Assembly (NCBI GenBank): GCA_963667175.2
Contig: CAXXXF010000012.1
Location: 160,001-224,000, forward strand
Length of the DNA stretch: 64,000 nt
Source: Candidatus Latescibacterota bacterium
GTDB lineage: Bacteria > Latescibacterota > UBA2968 > GCA-2709665
Direction of reading: 5' to 3'
Shown: in pieces, positions 48,044 to 57,432 of the stretch
Layout: each line of letters begins with the position of its first letter
How positions within the stretch are numbered: the first letter of the stretch is position 1
Translations under genes and position numbers: made by a program
The notes under the pieces: model-generated
The model's database searches: none
The model's input: the letters and a program-made list of their open reading frames with translations, nothing else
Told to the model about the DNA's origin: nothing

Positions 48044-48928
48044 TCAAACCCCGGCAAACGCCCGATAGTGTGCCAGAGGCTGGGACATGCCTTCATCGAG
48101 CTCCGTCAATACCAGTCGCATCCGGACCGTGCGTCGGCTGCCGGGTACCAGGTCGTCGCCGAACAGCGAAAAATCGAACGCGCTGTAATCCGTCATGCGG
48201 TCGGCTTCGTCCTCCACGTGGTACCGAGTACTAATGGCATAACAGTCCGCTTCCGTGGACATCAGCACCACGCCCAGCCGGTTCGCGGTGTCCGTCAGGA
48301 AGGAGAACGGATACCCGTAGTACCGCACCGGACACATCTGCACGGTGGGCGAGTTGCCCTCGCTGCGGTTCCACCGCCCGTCCACGCAGCGCCGGGCGGC
48401 GTGCGGGTCCCGAGGAAACACGACGACGGCGCCGCGAAAGACGTCGTTGACCATGGGAACGACAAGCTCCGGGGCCGTGCTCGCCCTGCCGTACCGGCTT
48501 CCGTGGAGATAGACGTGCGGCCGCAGTGTCTTGTGAAAATAGTTGGAAAGGAAGAGCTCATATCCCGCATAGGTACCTTCGCAACTCACCGTCACCGTCA
48601 GGTCGATCCCGTTGGGCTCGATCACCTCGTACCGTGCGGTCAGCGCTCCCTGGTGCGTTTCGGTTACGGGCCAATGCACGTCAACGGTGTTGTTGCCGGC
48701 TTCGGTCGTGCGTTCCATCAGGCGCGGCTGGTCCAGGCCCTGGTGAACCGCGAACAGCCGGAACAGGTTCAATGCCGAATAATCTGGATGAATCACCTGT
48801 CTGCCGGTGATCTTGTCGGTGAGCGTCCACACGCCGTGATAGTCGCCCGACGCGCGAATCTCGCCGGACATCGCTTCCGTCTCGAACCGATAGGTGTCGG
48901 TAGCCGGGAGATATACGAGCTCGGCCAT
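48044..48928 (-). CDS. Hypothetical protein (possible beta-sandwich/mutarotase-like fold)
   Basis: Good RBS (GAGGA) and globular composition; no recognisable motif. Confidence 0.65.
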   Translation of the reverse strand: MAELVYLPATDTYRFETEAMSGEIRASGDYHGVWTLTDKITGRQVIHPDYSALNLFRLFAVHQGLDQPRLMERTTEAGNNTVDVHWPVTETHQGALTARYEVIEPNGIDLTVTVSCEGTYAGYELFLSNYFHKTLRPHVYLHGSRYGRASTAPELVVPMVNDVFRGAVVVFPRDPHAARRCVDGRWNRSEGNSPTVQMCPVRYYGYPFSFLTDTANRLGVVLMSTEADCYAISTRYHVEDEADRMTDYSAFDFSLFGDDLVPGSRRTVRMRLVLTELDEGMSQPLAHYRAFAGV

Positions 48929-48951
48929 TTTCGGTCCTCCTCGGTACGCCG

Positions 48952-50400
48952 CTATTCAGCTGCGAGCTCTTCGATTCGTTCCGCCATGGCCTCGGTCAGG
49001 ATTTCGAGGCAACCCGGCGCCAGACTCGACGGCTCCTCCTGGTACAGTCCCTTGCCGTACGCCTCTCTCCGCAGAAGATAGGCGACCTGCACGTTGCCCG
49101 CGAGCGGGGAAACCAGAATCGCGAACCCGGGAAACCGCCGGCGCAACACGACCTGAAGATCGCTGTAGGGTTCCCCGCCGCAGGTCACCCAGATTGCGTC
49201 TCCCATTCGGTAAACCGAAAATCCATAGGGATATGACTCGCCCGGCGGCAGGTTCGCGATCCGCGCGAGCCAGCGCCTGGCCCGTTCGGCCCGGGCGCCG
49301 CAGGACCGGGCTTTCAGGGCATCCCCCTCCGCGTCAGCGGCCCGTTGAGCCTCGGACCACCGCGCCACGTCTTCCCGGAGCGTTTCCCGGTCGGGCCGTT
49401 CCACCATCGGCAGATCCACGGAATAGACGCCCCCGGCGACAAGAGAAGCTCCGCGTAAACGCTCCCGGCCGAATGCCGAATGCGCCCACGTGCCCAGCGT
49501 GGCGCCCGAGATCACGGGCCCCCGGTATTCGAAGTCCATACCCGGCGGGCCCATCGACGTCAGGACGGACAGCGCCGCAAACCCGAGTTGCCTGCCGTTC
49601 TTGTCGGCCGCCGCGAGATCTCCGACAAACCCGTCTTTCGGTCCCAGGTCTCCACAGGGCGCCAGCGCGAACGTGCATGGCGCCCCGGTCGCCCTCTCGA
49701 CTTCCTCCCGCATGGCGCCCACGTAGTCCGGGCTGATGAGGGTGTTTTTCCAGGCCAGCGTGGTCGGGTGGCATCCGTAATTGACAATCGTCGCGACGGT
49801 CGCGCCGTCCACGTCGCACATCCGTCCCACCAGCAGCGAATCGTCACACTCGCCGTCCGGATTGTACCCGCACACGTACCCGCCGAACGCGTCATCCCGG
49901 TAATCCCGGTCCGCCGCCATGCTGCAACGCCCGTCCGCGTAGGTGACCAGCACCTCCCGCATCCCCGCCACCGCGCTCGTACAGGCCTGCGCGAGCTTCT
50001 CTCCGACGTCCTTCAGAAACGGTTGTATCAGTTCGCCTCCCGGCATGCCGAACCGATCCGGTGCGTACCATCCCGAGGCATGGGTGTGCGAAAACGTCAC
50101 GTCTGCCCGATCCGGCCCGACCCCCGCGGCGTCGCAGAGGGCCTTCACGAGCGCCGCGTACTGTTGAGCGACCAGACCGACCAGGTCCAGGTGCGCCCGA
50201 ACCAGCGCAACTTTCCCCGGCGAGTCGACCGACGCGAACGCGAGCACGTCGGCCAGAATCGGGCGGTGAACCCCCGTTGCCCTGTCGTGCCGGGCGGCGC
50301 CCCACATCCGATGGTAGATCCCCACCGGCGGCGTTATATCCACTCTCGCAAAGCCAAAGCGCACGCGGGAGGTCGGCGCGCGTTCCGTTCTTCGAACCAT
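48952..50400 (-). CDS. Neutral/alkaline ceramidase-like hydrolase
   Basis: GFARVDITPPVG, FSHTHAS, IVNYGCHPTTL, ISPDYVG. Confidence 0.8.
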   Translation of the reverse strand: MVRRTERAPTSRVRFGFARVDITPPVGIYHRMWGAARHDRATGVHRPILADVLAFASVDSPGKVALVRAHLDLVGLVAQQYAALVKALCDAAGVGPDRADVTFSHTHASGWYAPDRFGMPGGELIQPFLKDVGEKLAQACTSAVAGMREVLVTYADGRCSMAADRDYRDDAFGGYVCGYNPDGECDDSLLVGRMCDVDGATVATIVNYGCHPTTLAWKNTLISPDYVGAMREEVERATGAPCTFALAPCGDLGPKDGFVGDLAAADKNGRQLGFAALSVLTSMGPPGMDFEYRGPVISGATLGTWAHSAFGRERLRGASLVAGGVYSVDLPMVERPDRETLREDVARWSEAQRAADAEGDALKARSCGARAERARRWLARIANLPPGESYPYGFSVYRMGDAIWVTCGGEPYSDLQVVLRRRFPGFAILVSPLAGNVQVAYLLRREAYGKGLYQEEPSSLAPGCLEILTEAMAERIEELAAE

Positions 50401-50495
50401 CCGGACCCTCTCTCAGCATTCAATGACGCAGCCGCGCGCACGCAAGTGCGCGCGTTCGGGAGCTTCGCCGCTCTCATCGCCGCCGGCTTCGGGTT

Positions 50496-51218
50496 CTACC
50501 GCAACTGGTACGCGATCGCGTAGGCCGTCTTGTGCTCGCCCGACCGGTTCACTTCCGAACGATGCCAGGTATAATTGGAGAAAAACGCCGCGTCGCCGGG
50601 CCGCATCGGCAGCACCACTTCACGGGACAGGTCGACGCCCTCTGTGGGAATCCGCCACCGGGTGAACGCTTCTCCGGACCGCGCGGCGTAGTAATTGGGC
50701 TCATCGTAATAGCGCTCGTGGTCAGTCAGCGTCCAGTCCGCGTGGGATCCGGGCAGGATGCCCAGCGCGCTGGCGTCGACCCCCACCTCATCCAGCGCGA
50801 TCCATGCATTGCACCCTCGATTCGGCTCGATTTTCCAGTAATAGGAGTCCTGGTGATAGAACGACTGCCCGTCGATCGCGCGGTTCTTGATGAGCGCCTG
50901 ATCCGTAAATCGTTTCACCGGCCCACCCAGCAACTGCGACATCGCCCCCCTCAGATTGGCGTGGTCCGCAACCTCCCGGAAGACGGCCTCCTGCCTGGCG
51001 GGTCTTTGTACGCCGATCGGCACGTATCCACCCTTTTCGTTGCGGTACTTCGCGGGGTCCAGGACCTGAAAGTGCAGGTCCGGCCAGTCGTGCTCCCCCT
51101 CAAGTACTTCCATGAGCCGCTTTCGCGCCGCGGCCGCCTCGGCGGTCGAAATCAGCCCTTCCACCGTTGTGTATCCATCCTGCCGGTACTGCCGCAGTTT
51201 CGCCTCATCCAGCTCCAT
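50496..51218 (-). CDS. Phytanoyl-CoA dioxygenase (PhyH) family Fe/2OG oxygenase
   Basis: YHQDSYYW, WIALD, LPGSH, WHRSEVNRS. Confidence 0.9.
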   Translation of the reverse strand: MELDEAKLRQYRQDGYTTVEGLISTAEAAAARKRLMEVLEGEHDWPDLHFQVLDPAKYRNEKGGYVPIGVQRPARQEAVFREVADHANLRGAMSQLLGGPVKRFTDQALIKNRAIDGQSFYHQDSYYWKIEPNRGCNAWIALDEVGVDASALGILPGSHADWTLTDHERYYDEPNYYAARSGEAFTRWRIPTEGVDLSREVVLPMRPGDAAFFSNYTWHRSEVNRSGEHKTAYAIAYQLR

Positions 51219-51306
51219 GGGTAATTCTCCCGATTCTCCCGTTCTGACGATGAGCTCCAAGGATCCTGACGACACCGGAAGCCGACCTGTCGAATCCGCA
51301 TCGGAA

Positions 51307-52305
51307 TCAACCGGCTACGAGCCTTCCCACCGCGTAACCCATCCCCGTGGCGCCAAACCCGTTTCCGGTATACCAGCATCGGTATTCATCGCCGTGTTTT
51401 ACGACACTCACGTAGCACCGCTGCTTATCATCGAACGCGCCCGGCTTTCCCACGCCGAGTTCCCCGTCGGGCCCGCTGTGGCGCCAGGACCAGGTCAGGC
51501 CGTCACGTCCGACCAGACTCCTTATCCGATAGGCCGTGCCGAACGTATTCACCCACATCCGGTAGCCTCCGCCGTCCCCTAAGATGAAGGGCTTCGAACA
51601 GATATACTCATAGAGTTCGGTGTCGAAGCCCCGTGGTCCGACCATCAGACCATCTGTGGGTTTGGTCCACACCATTCCGTCCGGCGACGCCGCGTATGCA
51701 ACGCCGATGCGTGGAATCACGTCTCCGTGGCCCGTGACCGCGCCTTCGGGACGGTTGAAATAGGCCCCGATAGACGTATAATACATATGGTACCGGTCAT
51801 CGATCCGCAAGACACATACACTTCCGGTTCCCTCCCGGTCCCAGTCCCGATCCAGCGGCAGAATCGGTACCCTTTTCGGGTAAGAGAACTTGTATCCGCC
51901 GTCGTCGCTGACTGCCACGCCAGTGGTATTGGGCAATTTGCCGTCCTGCCTGGGTTTCCCCCAACCGCAAAAGTACAGGAGCCATGGGCCGTCGTCCCGC
52001 GGAACCACAAACGGAAACCCAGGACCCTGGTCGTTATAGTCCGTGTCCCGCTGCCGGCTGAGCGCGACGCCCGCGGGCTGCCATTCGTTGGGCGCATCCA
52101 CCGTGCTCTCGGCAATCAGTATGCGATGAAACCCGTTCACACCGGTACCCCAGTAATACATCCGGTACCGGTCTCCGACCTGCACGACGTGCGCGGCGCC
52201 GGCGCGCCGGCTGTCCATATCCGCGTGCAACTGTCCCGGCGCGATGACCGGATGATCGCCGCTGCATCTCCAGGCGATGCGTTCTGGCTGCAGGTTCCGT
52301 TCCAA
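51307..52305 (-). CDS. Five-bladed beta-propeller glycoside hydrolase-like protein
   Basis: Repeats YRMYY/YHMYY, GVAVSDDG, AYAASPDG, WYTGNGFGATGMGYA. Confidence 0.75.
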   Translation of the reverse strand: MERNLQPERIAWRCSGDHPVIAPGQLHADMDSRRAGAAHVVQVGDRYRMYYWGTGVNGFHRILIAESTVDAPNEWQPAGVALSRQRDTDYNDQGPGFPFVVPRDDGPWLLYFCGWGKPRQDGKLPNTTGVAVSDDGGYKFSYPKRVPILPLDRDWDREGTGSVCVLRIDDRYHMYYTSIGAYFNRPEGAVTGHGDVIPRIGVAYAASPDGMVWTKPTDGLMVGPRGFDTELYEYICSKPFILGDGGGYRMWVNTFGTAYRIRSLVGRDGLTWSWRHSGPDGELGVGKPGAFDDKQRCYVSVVKHGDEYRCWYTGNGFGATGMGYAVGRLVAG

Positions 52306-52360
52306 GGATCCCCTCCGCGTCTGAATAACCGGGTATGGACGGACGAGCGTCCGCAGGCCG

Positions 52361-53950
52361 TCAGGCGCGACGCAGTACCCGGCCGTGCCGCTTTCCCGTA
52401 AGGGCGCCGTCCTTCACCGCGAAGCCGCCGTTCACCAGTACGTGGCGCATGCCCGCGGCCGTACGGTTCGGTTCGAACGTGGTCCCGCGCTCGGAAAAAC
52501 CATCCAGATCGAAAACGGCCAGATCCGCGCGCGCTCCTAACCGAATCACGCCCCGGTCGGCGACCCCCAGGCGGGCGGCCGGCAGCGCCGTCAGCCGGCG
52601 CACGGCCTCCTGCGGGCTGAACAGCTTTCGGTCCCGAACGAAATGACGGAAGAACCAGGATGCCCACGTGAAGGCGCCGTGGAACGTATCGTCCTTCAAC
52701 GGCCCATCCGTTGCGAGCGCGGTCGCGTCGGATCCGACCATACAGAACGGGTGTTCGAACGCTGGCCGGACGTCCGCCTCCCGATAGCTGAACGCGATCA
52801 CCATGACTTCGTGCAGGCGGTCGACTGCCGCGTACAGGACGTCGCAGATGGTGTCGAAGGCGTTGCCGTTTCCGGCGGCGGAGAGTTCCGCGATACTCTT
52901 CCCCGCCAGCTCCGGCTGAACGGGTGAATGGAAGATGACGATCCGCCCCCAGTCGCCGCGCGCCAGCGCGGAGACGATACTCCCACAGTCTTCCATCTCC
53001 CGCCGAAGGGATGGATCGCGCAGGCGCCTCGCAACGTCGCCCTCATGTCCCTCCAGCGCCCAGGACGGCAGCGCGGCGCTCAGATTGGTGGTCCCGAAAA
53101 GCCGCGTGTGCATGTCGAACTGCACGTCCAGGCCGCGGTTGCGCGCGCGGTCGACCTGCTCGATGGCCTGTTCGACCGCCCGCCCGCCGTCGTCCTCGAG
53201 CCGCGCGACGCATGAAATATGGGAAATCTGGAGGGGCGCGCCGGCCGTTTCGGCCGTACGGATCGCCTCCGCGACAGTCTCCTCCGCCTCCCCCATCCGG
53301 TTGCGGGTATGGGTTGCGTAGACCCCGCCGTAGCCGGCGGCGACCGCGCACAGGTCGGAGATCTCTTTCTCGGGACAGTCCCGCTCGGGGACGTATTCCA
53401 GACCCGTGGAATACCCCGCTGCGCCCTCCTCCATGCCCTGCGCCAGCATCCGTTTCATTCTGGCGAGTTCATCAGGCGTGGATGGTCGATCCACCGACTC
53501 ACAGACCGCCAGTCTCAGGTTTCCGTTGGGCACCAGCGTTAAGACGTTCAGGGCGGGGCGCCGCGCCTCCAGGACGTCCAGGTATTCGCCGACGGTACGC
53601 CATTGGATCTCGTGCCCGGTCCTGCACCCGTAGATGTTCGCACGAGCGCGCGCCGGGTCGACGATGGGCGCGCAGCCGTGCCCGCAGTTCCCCACCACCT
53701 CGAGCGTCACGCCCTGCGTGACCGAACTCACCGCTCGCGGGTCCACGACCAGGGTGAAATCGGAGTGGCTGTGAATATCGATAAAACCCGGGGATACGTA
53801 ACACCCCGCCGCATCGACGCGGGGTACGCCCTGCGGGCGCCGGAACCGGCCCACGTCGACGATCCGTCCGTCCGCCACGGCCACGTCGCCCGGGACGGGA
53901 GCGGCGCCGGTACCGTCAATGACCGTACCGCCCGAAATCACCAGATCCAT
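52361..53950 (-). CDS. N-acyl-D-amino-acid deacylase family amidohydrolase
   Basis: PGFIDIHSHSD, GNCG, STGLEY, THTRN, GSD, GARADLAVFD. Confidence 0.92.
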   Translation of the reverse strand: MDLVISGGTVIDGTGAAPVPGDVAVADGRIVDVGRFRRPQGVPRVDAAGCYVSPGFIDIHSHSDFTLVVDPRAVSSVTQGVTLEVVGNCGHGCAPIVDPARARANIYGCRTGHEIQWRTVGEYLDVLEARRPALNVLTLVPNGNLRLAVCESVDRPSTPDELARMKRMLAQGMEEGAAGYSTGLEYVPERDCPEKEISDLCAVAAGYGGVYATHTRNRMGEAEETVAEAIRTAETAGAPLQISHISCVARLEDDGGRAVEQAIEQVDRARNRGLDVQFDMHTRLFGTTNLSAALPSWALEGHEGDVARRLRDPSLRREMEDCGSIVSALARGDWGRIVIFHSPVQPELAGKSIAELSAAGNGNAFDTICDVLYAAVDRLHEVMVIAFSYREADVRPAFEHPFCMVGSDATALATDGPLKDDTFHGAFTWASWFFRHFVRDRKLFSPQEAVRRLTALPAARLGVADRGVIRLGARADLAVFDLDGFSERGTTFEPNRTAAGMRHVLVNGGFAVKDGALTGKRHGRVLRRA

Positions 53951-53996
53951 GATTGCATCACGTCAGTACCCCATCCCGGGACATCGATAGCCCGAT

Positions 53997-54034
53997 AAAA
54001 AAACGGTCTCGCAATGTGTCGCTGTTACGAGACC
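53997..54034 (-). terminator. Probable intrinsic terminator after the ankyrin genes
   Basis: cggtctcg/cgagaccg stem followed by T7 on the minus strand. Confidence 0.55.
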
Positions 54035-54064
54035 GATTCTCAAGAGCAAGAACCCGCCGGGTAC

Positions 54065-54742
54065 CTACCTTGAACTCCCCACGACACTGTCCACTTCGGC
54101 TTCCAGCAAGAGATCCACGATTTCCGAGTGCCCCTTTTTGTATGCGAGGTCCAGCGCGGTCTTTCGGTCCTGTGAACCGTAGAGCCGACGGTTATATGCA
54201 TGGTAACGGCTGCGGATAGGCTTGTAGATGTGTTCACCGGACCCGCCGCTCTTCGCGCGTACGTCCGCACCGCTTTGGATGAGCGCTTCAACGACGTCTC
54301 GGTGGCCCATCTCCGCGGCGAACATCAGCGCTGTCTTCCCGTCTGTCGGTATCCCGATTAAATCACTGTCGGTTGTTCGCTTCGCCATAAATAGCGACTG
54401 AGGGCCGGAACTGTCGGCATTGACAAACCGTTCCCTGGTATACTCGGAATCGCGCGTATAATCCTCGGCCTCGGCTACATAGACAATCCTCCAGGCCCTG
54501 GCTTCGAGATCCGAACCGGCCTGAATCAGGGCCCGAACCACCTCCAGGTGGCCCTGCCGGGCCGCCAGCGTCAGTGGGGTGTGCCCGCGGCGTGTCGTGA
54601 CGTTTACGTCGATTCCACGACGAAGGGCTCGCCGAACGCCGTCCAAGTCTCCACGCTCCGAAAGTTCAATCAACGAAGGTCCGCAGCCCGTTGCGGCCAA
54701 AAGAATGACCAAGGCCTTCAGACGATCAATTGTTCGAGTCAT
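54065..54742 (-). CDS. Ankyrin-repeat lipoprotein
   Basis: Lipobox-like ATGC; GHTPLTLAARQGH, GKTALMFAAEMGH, KTALDLAYKKGH. Confidence 0.88.
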   Translation of the reverse strand: MTRTIDRLKALVILLAATGCGPSLIELSERGDLDGVRRALRRGIDVNVTTRRGHTPLTLAARQGHLEVVRALIQAGSDLEARAWRIVYVAEAEDYTRDSEYTRERFVNADSSGPQSLFMAKRTTDSDLIGIPTDGKTALMFAAEMGHRDVVEALIQSGADVRAKSGGSGEHIYKPIRSRYHAYNRRLYGSQDRKTALDLAYKKGHSEIVDLLLEAEVDSVVGSSR

Positions 54743-55571
54743 CGGTCACGTCCTCACGAGGCGATGAATGTTCACGTTTCAGACTCGACGGCGTCATCCC
54801 CGCGCCGGCTTCCAGGAGGCACTCGATTATCTCCTTGTGTCCGTTCCGGTAAGCGAAGTCCAGCGCCGTGCTTCCGCCGATCGACCAGGAAGGTCGCTCC
54901 GGATAGGAATGGACGATATCGTAATAGAGAACGCGGCCGTGCTCGGGCCCGTAGTAAGTGCCGCCATGTTTATCCTCTTCGCGGCCGACGTCTTCGGGCT
55001 GCGCCCCGGTATATCCGGAGATGTACGCATCGTAATCCTTGAACGAAGGCATCCCGGCGGTCACGACTTCACCGCCGCTGGTGGCGAACAGGTCGGCGCC
55101 GCCCTCGACAAGCGCCTCGACCACGTCCTCGTGACCGGCCTCGGCAGCCAGCATCAACGCAGTCTTCCCGTCTCTGAGCACCCATCCGGCCGAGCCGCGC
55201 GTACGCTGCGCCATGAACCTGGACTGAGGGCCGGAACTGTCGGGGTTGACGTACCGTTCCCTGATGAACGCGTAGCCGCCGTGTCGGTCCTGGCTTTCGA
55301 TGGTATGCGCGCCAACGGTCCAGGCCACGGCGTGGACGTCCGCGCCTGCTTGCAGCAGGGAGAGAACGACCTCCAGGTGACCCTCTCTCGACGCCAGCGT
55401 CAACGGGCTGTGGCCCTGCGGCGTCCTTGCGTTTACGTCGCGTCCGCGTTCCAGGGCCCGGTGAACGCCGTTGACGTCTCCGCGCCGCGACAGTTCCGTC
55501 AGCGGGGCGCCGCAGGACGCGAATCCCAACGACAGCAGAACCAGTACGAATTGATTGATTTTTCTGGACAT
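54726..55571 (-). CDS. Ankyrin-repeat lipoprotein (paralogue)
   Basis: Lipobox FASC; GHSPLTLASREGH, GKTALMLAAEAGH, STALDFAYRNGH. Confidence 0.88.
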   Translation of the reverse strand: MSRKINQFVLVLLSLGFASCGAPLTELSRRGDVNGVHRALERGRDVNARTPQGHSPLTLASREGHLEVVLSLLQAGADVHAVAWTVGAHTIESQDRHGGYAFIRERYVNPDSSGPQSRFMAQRTRGSAGWVLRDGKTALMLAAEAGHEDVVEALVEGGADLFATSGGEVVTAGMPSFKDYDAYISGYTGAQPEDVGREEDKHGGTYYGPEHGRVLYYDIVHSYPERPSWSIGGSTALDFAYRNGHKEIIECLLEAGAGMTPSSLKREHSSPREDVTDDSNN

Positions 55572-55645
55572 AGGTCGCCTCTTAAATGAATCCTATTCAA
55601 CTACCTTCAGCCCCGATTCAAATATACCGCCATTCAACGTTCGAG

Positions 55646-57400
55646 TCAACCCTCGCCGTGGCTGCGGGACGGGGTTCCGGGCGCCGACATCCGCCGCCGC
55701 GTATTCCCGGTTTCCGTCTCGTTGACCGACAGGGTCCCGCGATCCATCACCACGCCGTACAGTTCCCGCGCCTGGCTCACCGAAACTCTTCCGTTCTTTA
55801 CGTCGCGCGCGACCGCCCCTGGGTCCCGCTCCATCGGATTTCCCCATCCCCCGCCGCCCGCCTGCCGGTGGTAGATCCGCTCTCCGGCCCCCATCGTCGT
55901 CGAAATCATCGTCGGCAACTCCTCGCCGCCGTCGCTTCCGTAAAGCACGTTGGTCGATCCCGTCGCCGGTTTTCCGCCGTACAGGCCATACGGCAGGTGG
56001 TCTCTTCGATCGGACCGGATTGCCAGGTGCGCTTCTCCCGAAAGCAGGGTCCACTCCCGCTCGATCGCCATTCCGCCCCGAAAACGTCCGGCGCCCCCGC
56101 TGTCGCAAACCAGTCCGTACCGGTCGATTCTCACCGGGTATTCACACTCCGCCTGTTCAACGGGAATATTGCTGGCCACGTTCGCCGGATTGCACAGCCC
56201 GTCGTTTCCGTCCCGGTCCGGCCGCGCGCCCCAGGTCCCGGAGAGCAGTTCATAGTAAACATAGTGCGACCGGTCCTGCCGCTGGCCGCCGATGATGACC
56301 AGCGAATTGCCCCCCTCGCCGGCGGCCGGCACGCGGTCGGGCAGCAGCCCGGACAGAGCGCCGAACACCACGTCCGCCATCCGGAAGCCCGTCACGCCGC
56401 GCATCGACGACGCGCCCGGCATGCGCACGTTCACCAGCGTGCCCTCGGGCGCGATGACCTCCAGCGGACGGAACATCCCTTCCGTATTCGGAATCTCCTC
56501 CCGCATTACGGCGCGCACGCAAAGGGCCACGACGGCCGCGGTAAACGAGAGCGTACTGTTGACAGCGCCCCGAACCTGCGGGTCCGTCCCCGTGAAATCG
56601 GCGGTGAGCGAGTCTCCCCGCACGGTCACGGTCACGCGGATCCGCACCCGGGGGCCGCCCACTCCGTCGCTGTCCAGGAAATCGGTAAAGGTATGGGATC
56701 CATCGGGCCAGGACGCAATCTCCGACCGTACCAGGCGTTCCGTATAGTCGATCAGATCCTGCGCGCACGCCAGAAACGTCCCGGATCCGTACCGCTCGAT
56801 CAGCGCTTGCACTGCCCGTTCCCCCATATGGCAGGCCGCCAGCTGCGCCCTGATGTCCCCAATCGTCATCTGGGGCACCCGCACGTTCGCCCGGATCAAT
56901 GAAAATATGGACTCGTCGGGCTCACCCTGGCGATAGAGCTTCAGCCACGGAATGCGAAACCCTTCCTGAAAGATCTCCGTGTTGTCGCACGCGGAACTGC
57001 CGGGCAGGCGCCCTCCGAGGTCCAGGTGGTGCGCCGTACTCACCGCAAACGCCACCCGCTCACCGTTCCAGAAGATCGGTTGTACGATAAAGACGTCCGG
57101 AATGTGCATCCCGCCGTCGAACGGATCGTTCAGGATAAACACGTCGCCGGGGTCGATGTTATCCTCGAACCGCTCGAGCAGCGCATTCAGAGCATACGGG
57201 ACCGATCCCAGATGCAGTGGTATGGTCACGCCCTGCGCGATCATCTGACCATCCGCGTTGCACAGCGACGTGGAGTAGTCCAGGCAGTCGCGCACGATGG
57301 TGGAATAGGCCGTGCGATACAGCGCGGCGCTCATTTCGTCGGCGGCCGCAGCCAGTGCATTCTGCATGATCTCACGCGTGATTGGGTCTATTTCCGTCAT
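55646..57400 (-). CDS. hyuB: Hydantoinase B/oxoprolinase family protein
   Basis: RTAYSTIV, NDPFDGGMHIPD, HHLDLGG, DSGGAGRFRGG. Confidence 0.92.
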   Translation of the reverse strand: MTEIDPITREIMQNALAAAADEMSAALYRTAYSTIVRDCLDYSTSLCNADGQMIAQGVTIPLHLGSVPYALNALLERFEDNIDPGDVFILNDPFDGGMHIPDVFIVQPIFWNGERVAFAVSTAHHLDLGGRLPGSSACDNTEIFQEGFRIPWLKLYRQGEPDESIFSLIRANVRVPQMTIGDIRAQLAACHMGERAVQALIERYGSGTFLACAQDLIDYTERLVRSEIASWPDGSHTFTDFLDSDGVGGPRVRIRVTVTVRGDSLTADFTGTDPQVRGAVNSTLSFTAAVVALCVRAVMREEIPNTEGMFRPLEVIAPEGTLVNVRMPGASSMRGVTGFRMADVVFGALSGLLPDRVPAAGEGGNSLVIIGGQRQDRSHYVYYELLSGTWGARPDRDGNDGLCNPANVASNIPVEQAECEYPVRIDRYGLVCDSGGAGRFRGGMAIEREWTLLSGEAHLAIRSDRRDHLPYGLYGGKPATGSTNVLYGSDGGEELPTMISTTMGAGERIYHRQAGGGGWGNPMERDPGAVARDVKNGRVSVSQARELYGVVMDRGTLSVNETETGNTRRRMSAPGTPSRSHGEG

Positions 57401-57432
57401 CGTGCCATCGACCTTCCAGGCCGCGCCGCGGC

